From an uncultured Clostridia bacterium (GTDB lineage Bacteria; Bacillota; Clostridia; Oscillospirales; Ruminococcaceae), in the NCBI GenBank assembly GCA_944387885.1, contig CALXGR010000005.1, positions 1,149 to 65,148 on the forward strand: DNA of 64,000 bases, written 5' to 3'. The position numbers and the translations under genes are program-made. The notes beneath the pieces are model-generated. The model was given only the letters and a program-made list of their open reading frames with translations, did no database searches and was not told where the DNA came from. Every line of letters starts with the position of its first letter. The stretch's first letter is position 1. Below, in pieces: positions 46,376 through 53,676 of this stretch.

Positions 46376-47734
46376 GTGGAGACAGAATCCACTCTTTTGG
46401 CCGCCATTCCCTCTGCCGCCCTGGCCGTTCTGGATAAGCTGGAAGCTGCAGGATACAAAGCCAACCTGGTGGGCGGCTGTGTCCGGGACCTCCTTTTGGG
46501 GACTCCTCCCCAGGACTGGGACATCTGCACCAGCGCCCGGCCCCAGGAGGTGATTGAGGTTTTCGGAAAAGACCAGGTCCGGCTCACCGGAATACGGCAG
46601 GGCACAGTCTCAGTCCGGTTGGCCGGTCAGTGGTTTGAGGTGACCACCTACCGGCTGGAAGGCGATTACCAGGACGGCAGGCACCCTTCCCGGGTATCCT
46701 TCACCGCGGATTTGGAGAAGGACCTGGCCCGGCGGGATTTCACCATCAACGCCATGGCCCTGGACCGAAAGGGCTGTCTTACCGACCCCTTTGGAGGGCA
46801 GGCGGATTTGAAAAACCAGTCACTCCGGTGCGTGGGAGACCCGGTCCTCCGGTTTCAGGAGGATGCCCTTCGGATTCTCCGGGCCCTTCGGTTCCGCTCC
46901 CGGCTGGGCTTCGAGATAGAAAAGCGGACCGCAGAAGCCATGGCCCAGGAAAAAGACCGGATGACCCTTCTCTCCGCCGAGCGGGTGGGAAGCGAAGTTC
47001 TGGGGATTCTTGCCGGGCTTTATGCCGGGGATACCCTGGACCGGTACCGGGATGTTTTTCTAGCCGCCGTTCCCCTTTTGGCTCCCACCCTGGAATGCAG
47101 CCAGAACTGTCCCTACCATTACGGCACCGTCTACCAGCACACGGTGGACGCCCTGAAACAGCTGGACTGGGAAAAGGCTGATTCAGCCACCGCCCTGGCC
47201 ATTCTTTTTCACGACATAGGAAAGCCCCAGGTCAAAACCACCGACTCCCAGGGCCGGGACCATTTTTACGACCACGCCCCTGCCGGTGCAGAGCTGACCC
47301 GTCAGGCACTCTCCGCCCTGCGGTACAGTAAAAAGCTCCAGGAAGAAGTGTGCCAGCTGGTGGCCTTTCATTCTCTCCAGGCCACCCCCTCCAAAGCCAG
47401 TGTCCGACGGCTTCTCAACAAGCTGGGGGAGGAACAGCTTCGCCGGCTGATAGAGGTGATCCGGTGCGACACCCTGGCCCACACCTCCCTGGCTCTGCCC
47501 CGCTTGCAAACTCTGGAGGAATTTTCGAAACTGCTGGAAGAGACCTTGCAGGAAAAATCCGCCTTTTCTCTGAAACAGCTGGCCGTCAACGGGAAAGACC
47601 TTACGGCTCTGGGGATTTCTCCCGGGCCCGAGATGGGAGTCATCCTCCATACTCTTTTAGAAGAGGTAATCTCGGGCAGCGAAAATGATCGGGATGCCCT
47701 TCTTGCCCGGGCCCGGCAGCTGGCCCGGAAATAA
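46376..47734 (+). CDS. cca: CCA-adding tRNA nucleotidyltransferase with an HD domain
   Basis: LVGGCVRDLLLGTPPQDWDICT, RDFTINAMA, and the HD motif LFHDIGKP. I prefer the GTG at 46376 (AAAGGAGG 7 nt upstream) over the TTG at 46358. Confidence 0.9.
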   Translation: METESTLLAAIPSAALAVLDKLEAAGYKANLVGGCVRDLLLGTPPQDWDICTSARPQEVIEVFGKDQVRLTGIRQGTVSVRLAGQWFEVTTYRLEGDYQDGRHPSRVSFTADLEKDLARRDFTINAMALDRKGCLTDPFGGQADLKNQSLRCVGDPVLRFQEDALRILRALRFRSRLGFEIEKRTAEAMAQEKDRMTLLSAERVGSEVLGILAGLYAGDTLDRYRDVFLAAVPLLAPTLECSQNCPYHYGTVYQHTVDALKQLDWEKADSATALAILFHDIGKPQVKTTDSQGRDHFYDHAPAGAELTRQALSALRYSKKLQEEVCQLVAFHSLQATPSKASVRRLLNKLGEEQLRRLIEVIRCDTLAHTSLALPRLQTLEEFSKLLEETLQEKSAFSLKQLAVNGKDLTALGISPGPEMGVILHTLLEEVISGSENDRDALLARARQLARK

Positions 47735-47771
47735 TCTTTATTTATTGGGGCCCAAGCGCCCGGGAGTTTCC

Positions 47772-48239
47772 ATGAACACTGACCTCAACATTACTTTTCG
47801 CCCCTATCAATCAAAGGACTGCGGGCAGGTTCTCCGGCTCTTTTATGACACTGTACACCGGGTCAACGCTGCCCATTACTCCCAGGAACAGCTGGATGTC
47901 TGGGCTCCCCGCTGCCCGGACCGGGACAAGTGGAACCAGTCCCTTTTGTCCCACCATTCTATTCTGGCCTTTCAGGGCGATACCCTGGCAGGGTTCGGAG
48001 ATATGGATTCCAGAGGGTACCTGGACCGACTCTATGTCCACGCCGATTATCAGGGATTGGGAATTGCCACCGCAATCTGTGATAAACTGGAGAGAACTGT
48101 CTTGGGAGATATCACGGTTCACGCCTCCATCACCGCCCGCCCCTTCTTTGAACAGAGGGGATACCAGGTCTTCAAAGAACAGCAGGTGGAGCGGCAGGGT
48201 ATTTTTCTTACCAATTATATTATGATAAAGAAAAGGTAA
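47772..48239 (+). CDS. GNAT family N-acetyltransferase
   Basis: Start moved to the ATG at 47772 (MNTDLNITFRPYQ...). The acetyl-CoA motif is LYVHADYQGLGIATAICDKLE. Confidence 0.85.
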   Translation: MNTDLNITFRPYQSKDCGQVLRLFYDTVHRVNAAHYSQEQLDVWAPRCPDRDKWNQSLLSHHSILAFQGDTLAGFGDMDSRGYLDRLYVHADYQGLGIATAICDKLERTVLGDITVHASITARPFFEQRGYQVFKEQQVERQGIFLTNYIMIKKR

Positions 48240-48273
48240 CCCTTCACGCAGTTTTGCAATTTATTTTATAAAT

Positions 48274-48312
48274 AAAAAAGCAGCCGTTCTTCCTGGAACG
48301 ACTGCTTTTTTT
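48274..48312. terminator. bidirectional terminator between the GNAT gene and the convergent BASS transporter gene
   Basis: GCAGCCGTTC/GAACGACTGC stem with an A-run before it and TTTTTTT after it. A second hairpin (48314-48343) follows. Confidence 0.75.
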
Positions 48313-48380
48313 GTTGGGCTGTTCCCCGCACGGAACAGCCCAAGACCATATTTTCGGGGACGGTTCTTTCCCTTTGAATT

Positions 48381-49364
48381 TTATTTCGTCTTTGCAGCGG
48401 CCTTCTTCTCGGCAGCAGCGGCCATCAGGTTGGCCACAATGGAGCCGGAGATGTTATGCCACACGCTGAACAGAGCACCGGGGACGGTGGCCAGGGCCAG
48501 GTCGGGGAATACGGTGCCCGCCAGGCTGGTGGCCAGACCGCTGTTCTGCATACCCACCTCGATGGAGACGGCATTGCACTTGGCATCGCTCATGTGCAGC
48601 AGCTTGCCCACCCCGTAACCCAGGGCATAGCCCATCAGGTTATGCAGGATAACTACAGAGAGGATCAGCAGGCCGTTGGCAAACAGTTTCTCGGCGTTGG
48701 GGGCCACCACAGCGCCCACAATGGTCACAATGGCCACCACCGAAATCAGGGGCAAGATCTCCACCACGGCCTGGGTGAATTTTCCGAACAGTTTATTGAT
48801 GATGAAGCCCAATACAATGGGGATGATAACGATTTTCACAATGCTCATGAACATGTCCATCATGTTGACGGTGACTGTCTCATGGGCATACAGATAGGTC
48901 AGCGCCGGGGTGAGGAAGGGAGCCAGCACAGTGGAGCAGGCAGTCATGCCCACGCTCAGGGCCACATCCCCCTTTGCCAGGAAGGTCATAACATTGGAGG
49001 AAGTGCCTCCCGGGCAGGTTCCTACCAGAATGACGCCTACTGCCAGTTCAGGGCTCAGGTTAAAAATCTTGGTGAGAAGAAATGCCAGCAGAGGCATAAT
49101 GACGAACTGGGATGCACAGCCCACCAGCACATCCTTGGGCCGGGAGAAAACGATTTTGAAGTCCTCCAGCTTCAGGGTCAGGCCCATGCCGAACATAACC
49201 ACCATGAGCAGGTTGTTCACCGTGACCAGGCGGGTAAAGAGGTTATAGTCCTTGCCCACCCACAAAAAGCTTTCCGGCACAAAGAAAGCCAGCACAGCAA
49301 CAATAAGCACAATAATCGCCATGTAACGCCCCGCAAATTTACTTACCTTTTTTAGTACTTCCAT
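48381..49364 (-). CDS. bile acid:sodium symporter (BASS/SBF) family transporter
   Basis: Start moved to the ATG at 49364 (GGAAGGAG 8 nt upstream); the upstream part of the track ORF is the T-box leader. Family motifs are FGMGLTLKLEDF, GTCPGGTSSNVMTFLAKGD and EVGMQNSGLA. Confidence 0.88.
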   Translation of the reverse strand: MEVLKKVSKFAGRYMAIIVLIVAVLAFFVPESFLWVGKDYNLFTRLVTVNNLLMVVMFGMGLTLKLEDFKIVFSRPKDVLVGCASQFVIMPLLAFLLTKIFNLSPELAVGVILVGTCPGGTSSNVMTFLAKGDVALSVGMTACSTVLAPFLTPALTYLYAHETVTVNMMDMFMSIVKIVIIPIVLGFIINKLFGKFTQAVVEILPLISVVAIVTIVGAVVAPNAEKLFANGLLILSVVILHNLMGYALGYGVGKLLHMSDAKCNAVSIEVGMQNSGLATSLAGTVFPDLALATVPGALFSVWHNISGSIVANLMAAAAEKKAAAKTK

Positions 49365-49429
49365 AAGAAATGCTCCTTCCACAAATCTATTCTGAAACCG
49401 GCCCTGCGGGGGTGCGGTGTCAGTCAAAT

Positions 49430-49745
49430 AAAAAAGACCTTTGCCTCCTGTAAGAGACAAAGGTCTATAACGACACTCTGCGGTACCACTCTTATTGCCC
49501 GGATTTTTCCGGACCACTCTGACTCCGCACAAAGGCTTTCACCTGACGGAGCGGCAGGATAACGGCTGCCAGCCGGCACAGCTTACTTGAGTTCCCGGAC
49601 GGGAACGGTTAGGCCTGCTGCTCGGAGGGGATTTTTCTCCGTGAGTTCATCCCTGTCTCGCACCAACCGACAGTTCTCTGTGACAAATCTTCCCGGATAC
49701 TTGGACCTCGTCAACGCTTTACCGTGATAAATCATTTAAGTATAG
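49430..49745 (-). promoter_or_regulatory. T-box riboswitch leader (tRNA-sensing transcription attenuator) controlling the BASS transporter
   Basis: The minus-strand RNA carries every canonical element. K-turn: GCGUUGACGAGG (49717-49706) with CCUCCGAGC (49628-49620). S-turn: AGUA/GAA. AG bulge: AGAGA (49679-49675). Distal loop: GGUUGGUGCGA (49668-49658). F-box: CCGUUA (49565-49560). Stem III is present. T-box: AAUAAGAGUGGUACCGCA (core 49490-49478). Antiterminator pairing: UAAGAG (49494-49489) with CUCUUA (49456-49451). Terminator plus U6: 49466-49430. Confidence 0.85.
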
Positions 49746-49749
49746 ACAC

Positions 49750-49777
49750 ATTATACCCCTTCTTCCGAAAAAGTCAA
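49750..49777 (-). promoter_or_regulatory. sigma-A-like promoter of the T-box leader (TTGACT-16-TATAAT)
   Basis: -35 at 49777-49772 and -10 at 49755-49750 on the minus strand. Confidence 0.6.
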
Positions 49778-49903
49778 CGGCTTTTTTCAAAAAATATTTT
49801 CCCGGGATTTTGGCTGAAATTCATCGCATATATGCAGAATGTCTTTCTCCTGTTTCCTTTTCCGAGCCCTTCCCGATTATTTTTTTACAGCCAATTCAAA
49901 CAT

Positions 49904-49935
49904 GACAATCTGTTGTCCTGTTCCTGTGGTATAAT
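49904..49935 (+). promoter_or_regulatory. extended -10 promoter (TGgTATAAT) of the WYL operon, with the palindrome GACAAtctgTTGTC in the -35 region
   Basis: Palindrome at 49904-49917 and TATAAT at 49930-49935. A further inverted repeat, ATGACCA (49934-49940) / TGGTCAT (49968-49974), lies in the leader. Confidence 0.45.
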
Positions 49936-50039
49936 GACCATAGAGCAGGAAGCTCCCCATTTTTACTTGGTCATCCTTATCCCGTTTTCCACGGGCGGCG
50001 GACAAATATCACAACTCCAGACGAAGGGAGACGGACGGT

Positions 50040-50951
50040 ATGAAGCTGGATCGGCTGATAGGCATTCTTTCCATTCTGCTTCAGCGGGAACAGGTCACAG
50101 CGCCGGAACTGGCGGAGCAGTTTGAGGTCTCTCGCCGCACCATCCAGCGGGATATTGATTCCCTCTGTCGGGCGGGGATTCCCATTGTCACCTCCCAGGG
50201 TTCCGGCGGGGGGATCTCCATTCCGGATGGATACCGGGTGGACCGGACCCTCCTCACCGCCCCGGAAATGCAGGCGATTCTGGCCGGGCTTCGCAGTCTG
50301 GACAGCGTCAGCGGCACCAAGCGGTATGCCCAGCTTATGGAGAAGCTATCCGCCGGGAACAGCAGCCTGCTGGCTGGGAATGCCCAGATGCTCATTGACC
50401 TTTCCTCCTGGTACAAGACCAGCCTGGCCCCCAAAATCGAAATCATACAGAGCGCCATCCAGCAGCACAGTATGGTTCGTTTCACCTATCATTCCCCCAA
50501 GGGAACCCTGACAAGGATGGCCGAACCTTATTATCTGGTGTTTCGGTGGTCCTCCTGGTATTTGTGGGGCTGGTGCCGTTCTCGTCAGGACTTTCGTCTC
50601 TTTAAGCTCAACCGAATGACCGACCTTGCCCCGGGAGAAACTTTTTCGCCCCGTCCGTCTCCCCTGCCTGACCTGACTCCCCAACGGATTTTCCCTGCAA
50701 ATTACCGGGTCACTGTCCTTTTTGACCCGTCCTGTTCCTGGCGGCTGGTGGAGGAGTACGGTGCAGACAGTTTCACCCCTCAGCCGGACGGCAGGCTGCT
50801 CTTTCGCTGGGGTTTTCCCGACAAAGAAAGTGTCATCAGCTGGATCCTCACCTTCGGAGACAGCGCTGAATTACTTGAGCCTGCCCAGCTCCGGACTGAA
50901 CTGGGGGACCTTATCCGACGAATGGCAGAACAGTATAAGGAACGGAGGTAA
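50040..50951 (+). CDS. YafY-family transcriptional regulator (HTH plus WYL domain plus C-terminal WCX-like domain)
   Basis: 303 aa. HTH reads LSILLQREQVTAPELAEQFEVSRRTIQRDIDSLCRAGIPI. The WYL domain reads VRFTYHSPKGTLTRMAEPYYLVFRWSSWYLWGWC...FRLFKLNRM. Confidence 0.88.
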   Translation: MKLDRLIGILSILLQREQVTAPELAEQFEVSRRTIQRDIDSLCRAGIPIVTSQGSGGGISIPDGYRVDRTLLTAPEMQAILAGLRSLDSVSGTKRYAQLMEKLSAGNSSLLAGNAQMLIDLSSWYKTSLAPKIEIIQSAIQQHSMVRFTYHSPKGTLTRMAEPYYLVFRWSSWYLWGWCRSRQDFRLFKLNRMTDLAPGETFSPRPSPLPDLTPQRIFPANYRVTVLFDPSCSWRLVEEYGADSFTPQPDGRLLFRWGFPDKESVISWILTFGDSAELLEPAQLRTELGDLIRRMAEQYKERR

Positions 50952-50953
50952 TC

Positions 50954-51268
50954 ATGGCTTCTCATCCTGATTTTGTGGAATATGTGACAGAGCAGCTGCG
51001 TGGTGCCGGGCATATCCGGGCCCGCAAAATGTTCGGAGAATACGGTCTTTACTGCGATGGTATCTTTTTCGGGGTCATCTGTGATGACCAGTTGTTTATT
51101 AAAATCACGCCCCAGGGAGAAGCCGCCTTCCCGCATCTGCCCAAGGCTCCGCCCTACGAAGGGGCAAGAGATTCCTTTCTGGTGGAGGAAGTGGATGACC
51201 CCGCCGCTGCCGTCCAATTGACCCGAATTACCTGTCAGTCCCTGGCAGCTCAAAAACGGAGGAAATGA
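50954..51268 (+). CDS. TfoX N-terminal domain protein
   Basis: 104 aa. FVEYVTEQL...RARKMFGEYGLYCDGIFFGVICDDQLFIK is the TfoX_N pattern. Confidence 0.75.
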   Translation: MASHPDFVEYVTEQLRGAGHIRARKMFGEYGLYCDGIFFGVICDDQLFIKITPQGEAAFPHLPKAPPYEGARDSFLVEEVDDPAAAVQLTRITCQSLAAQKRRK

Positions 51269-51270
51269 TC

Positions 51271-51912
51271 ATGGCATTCGATTACAAGAAAGAATACAAG
51301 GAATTTTATCTGCCGCCCAGAACTCCCGGAATCGTCAAAGTCCCCGCCATGAACTTTCTGGCAGTGCGGGGACAGGGCGACCCCAACCAGGAAGAGGGCG
51401 CCTATAAACAGGCCATCGGCCTTTTGTATGGGGTAGCCTACACCATCAAAATGAGCAAGATGGGCAGCCACAAAATGAAGGGCTATTTTGATTTTGTAGT
51501 CCCCCCTTTGGAGGGGCTTTGGTGGCAGGAAGGGGTTCAGGGGGTAGACTATGCCCGGAAAGAGGACTTCTCCTGGATTTCTCTCATACGGCTGCCCGAC
51601 TTTGTCACCAAAGCAGAATTTGATTGGGCAGTACCGGAAGCCTCCCGGAAAAAAGGTCTGGACTGCTCCCCGGTAGAGTTTTTTACCTGGGAGGAAGGGC
51701 TCTGCGTTCAGTGCATGCACATAGGCCCCTACGATACGGAGCCTGCCACCGTGGCTGCCATGGAGGAGTATGCCAAATCCCAGGGTTATCTGGAGGATTT
51801 TGGAGAGAGCCGTTTCCACCATGAAATTTATTTGAGTGATGTCCGCCGGTGCAAACCCGAAAGTTTGAAAACAGTAATACGCCACCCGGTGCGAAAGGCA
51901 GGTCAGCCATGA
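51271..51912 (+). CDS. GyrI-like small-molecule-binding domain protein
   Basis: About 213 aa. FDYKKEYKEFYLPPRTPGIVKVPAMNFLAVRGQGDPN...PLEGLWW...HHEIYLSD is typical of the GyrI-like/SbmC-fold family. I prefer the ATG at 51271 (GGAGG 8 nt upstream). Confidence 0.75.
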   Translation: MAFDYKKEYKEFYLPPRTPGIVKVPAMNFLAVRGQGDPNQEEGAYKQAIGLLYGVAYTIKMSKMGSHKMKGYFDFVVPPLEGLWWQEGVQGVDYARKEDFSWISLIRLPDFVTKAEFDWAVPEASRKKGLDCSPVEFFTWEEGLCVQCMHIGPYDTEPATVAAMEEYAKSQGYLEDFGESRFHHEIYLSDVRRCKPESLKTVIRHPVRKAGQP

Positions 51913-52448
51913 AAGGATTCACAAGGGAATACACCCAGTTCAGTCTCTGCGGCCTGAACTGCCTGCTCTGCCCCATGCAGGTGGGCGGTTACTGCCCCGG
52001 CTGCGGCGGCGGACCCGGCAACCAGAGCTGCGCCATTGCCCGGTGTTCCCTGGACCGGGGCGGGTACGCCTTTTGCAGCCAATGTCCCTCCTACCCCTGC
52101 TCCCGATATGAGGATTTTGACAGCGGGGACTCCTTTGTTCCCCACAGCCGTCGGGCAGCCGACCTGGCCCGGGCCGGAGAAGCGGGATTGGATTTTTACC
52201 TTTCCGAACTGCGAACCAAGCGGGAGATTTTGGACAAGCTGCTGGCCCACTATAATGACGGCCGCCGTAAGACGCTCTACTGTGCTGCAGTGTATCTGCT
52301 CCCTCTGGAGGATTTGCAAACCGCAATGGCCGAACTGGAAAGCCGGCAGGAACTTTCCCTGAAGGAGCGTGCTGCGGCTGCGGCAGAACTCCTGCAAGCG
52401 GCAGCTGACAGCCGGGGCATCAGTCTCAAACTGAACAAGAAAAAGTGA
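51909..52448 (+). CDS. DUF3795-type cysteine-rich protein
   Basis: Start at the ATG at 51909, overlapping the upstream stop (ATGA). Cys pattern is CGLNCLLCP...GYCPGCGGG...CAIARC...CSQCPSYPCSRY. Confidence 0.75.
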   Translation: MKGFTREYTQFSLCGLNCLLCPMQVGGYCPGCGGGPGNQSCAIARCSLDRGGYAFCSQCPSYPCSRYEDFDSGDSFVPHSRRAADLARAGEAGLDFYLSELRTKREILDKLLAHYNDGRRKTLYCAAVYLLPLEDLQTAMAELESRQELSLKERAAAAAELLQAAADSRGISLKLNKKK

Positions 52449-52474
52449 AAGTCTGTACAAAAGGAGTTTTTCCC

Positions 52475-52909
52475 ATGCCAACCGTTTTGATCGATGCCGA
52501 CGGCTGCCCGGTGGTGGACCTGACCATCCGGATCTGCCGCAGCCGCCAGATTCCCGTCCTGATTCTCTGCGACACTGCCCACCAGATTCAGCGGGATGGC
52601 GCCCAGACCCTGGTATTTGACAAAGGCGCCGACAGTGTTGACTTTGCCCTGGTCAACCGGGTCTGCCCCGGAGATATTGTGGTCACCCAGGACTACGGCC
52701 TGGCCAGCATGTGCCTGGCCCGCCGGGCCCGGGTCCTGAATCAGAACGGCCTGGAGTACACCGGGGAAAACATTGATTTTCTTCTGGTCCGCCGCCATGA
52801 AAACAAAAAACTTCTCCGGAGCGGAAAACATCCCAAAGGACCTGCCAAGCGCACCCGGGAACAGGATAACGCTTTCGCCCAGACACTGGAAAAAATGCTG
52901 ACCCCTTAA
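52475..52909 (+). CDS. YaiI/YqxD family protein (UPF0178/DUF188)
   Basis: Start moved to the ATG at 52475 (AAGGAG upstream). VLIDADGCPV...ADSVDFALVNRVCPGDIVVTQDYGLASMCLARRARVLNQNG. Confidence 0.8.
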   Translation: MPTVLIDADGCPVVDLTIRICRSRQIPVLILCDTAHQIQRDGAQTLVFDKGADSVDFALVNRVCPGDIVVTQDYGLASMCLARRARVLNQNGLEYTGENIDFLLVRRHENKKLLRSGKHPKGPAKRTREQDNAFAQTLEKMLTP

Positions 52910-52921
52910 GGAGGAAACACC

Positions 52922-53632
52922 ATGTTCAAAAACAAAGTTGCCGTCGTCACCGGTGGTGCGAAAGGCATCGGAAAGGCCATTGCACAGGAATTCCGAAAAG
53001 CCGGAGCCGCCGTATACATCATCGACCTTCTGCCCAACGACTGCTTTACCGGGGACATTGCCGACCCGGCAGTATTGGAAGCCTTTTCCCGGAAGGTGAT
53101 TGAGGAGCAGGGCCATGTAGATTATCTGGTCAACAATGCCCTCCCTCTTATGAAGGGCATCGACGATTGCAGCTGGGAGGAATTCAACTACGCTCTGCAG
53201 GTGGGAGTGGCTGCACCTTTCTATCTGACCAAGCTATTTGCTCCCTATTTTGCACCGGGTGCTGCCATTGTGAACATCTCTTCCTCCCGGGACCGGATGA
53301 GCCAGCCCCAGACCGAGAGCTACACAGCCGCAAAGGGCGGCATCTCCGCCCTGACCCACGCCCTGGCGGTAAGTCTGGCGGGAAAGGTCCGGGTGAATAG
53401 TATCTCCCCCGGCTGGATCGAAACCGGAGACTCTGTCTGGACCGGCCCGGATGCTGCCCAGCACCCTGCAGGCCGGGTGGGCAATCCCCAGGACATTGCC
53501 CAGATGGCCCTGTTCCTCTGCTCGGACAAGGCCGGGTTCATCACCGGTGAAAATATCTGCATAGACGGCGGCATGACCCGGCAGATGATTTACCACAATG
53601 ACTATGGATGGAATTTACAGGATAATCCCTGA
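52922..53632 (+). CDS. short-chain dehydrogenase/reductase (SDR) family oxidoreductase
   Basis: 236 aa. Cofactor motif VVTGGAKGIGKAI, NNA, and catalytic YTAAKGG (YxxxK). Confidence 0.9.
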   Translation: MFKNKVAVVTGGAKGIGKAIAQEFRKAGAAVYIIDLLPNDCFTGDIADPAVLEAFSRKVIEEQGHVDYLVNNALPLMKGIDDCSWEEFNYALQVGVAAPFYLTKLFAPYFAPGAAIVNISSSRDRMSQPQTESYTAAKGGISALTHALAVSLAGKVRVNSISPGWIETGDSVWTGPDAAQHPAGRVGNPQDIAQMALFLCSDKAGFITGENICIDGGMTRQMIYHNDYGWNLQDNP

Positions 53633-53635
53633 CAG

Positions 53636-53676
53636 AAGAAGGACCGGAGAGGCTTCTCTCCGGTCCTTCTTTTCTT
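53636..53676. terminator. bidirectional terminator between the SDR gene and the convergent ECF/ABC operon
   Basis: 14-bp stem GAAGGACCGGAGAG/CTCTCCGGTCCTTC with loop GCTT, followed by TTTTCTTT. Confidence 0.85.

Noticed and set aside
48314-48343. Second GC-rich hairpin (TTGGGCTGTTCC...GGAACAGCCCAA) downstream of the BASS gene, considered as its terminator.
   Set aside because: On the minus strand it is followed by an A-run and not a U-run. The adjacent hairpin at 48274-48312 has U-runs in both orientations and is the better terminator. The second hairpin may only add stability.
49588-49648. GAA-CUC-A occurs twice in the T-box leader (plus coordinates 49642-49648 and 49588-49594). It initially looked like a leucine (CUC) specifier.
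   Set aside because: Once Stem I is folded from the K-turn upward, the first copy lies inside the 3' strand of the Stem I helices. The second lies in the Stem II hairpin (GUUCCCG/CGGGAAC). Neither is in the specifier loop, whose 3' side is GAAAAAUCC.
49724-50125. 133-aa plus-strand ORF spanning the T-box promoter and WYL promoter region. The ORF at 5873-6163 in the AT-rich region upstream of the sugar-binding protein is similar.
   Set aside because: Both start in AT-rich promoter DNA, run into the start of a well-supported gene in another frame, and have no RBS or recognisable motif.
50040-53632. The WYL regulator as a marker of a phage-defence island (BREX, CBASS or CRISPR-associated).
   Set aside because: No nuclease, helicase, methyltransferase, cyclase, Cas or other recognisable defence gene follows it. 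The cargo consists of small ligand-binding and redox proteins, so only a generic stress-module hypothesis is retained.
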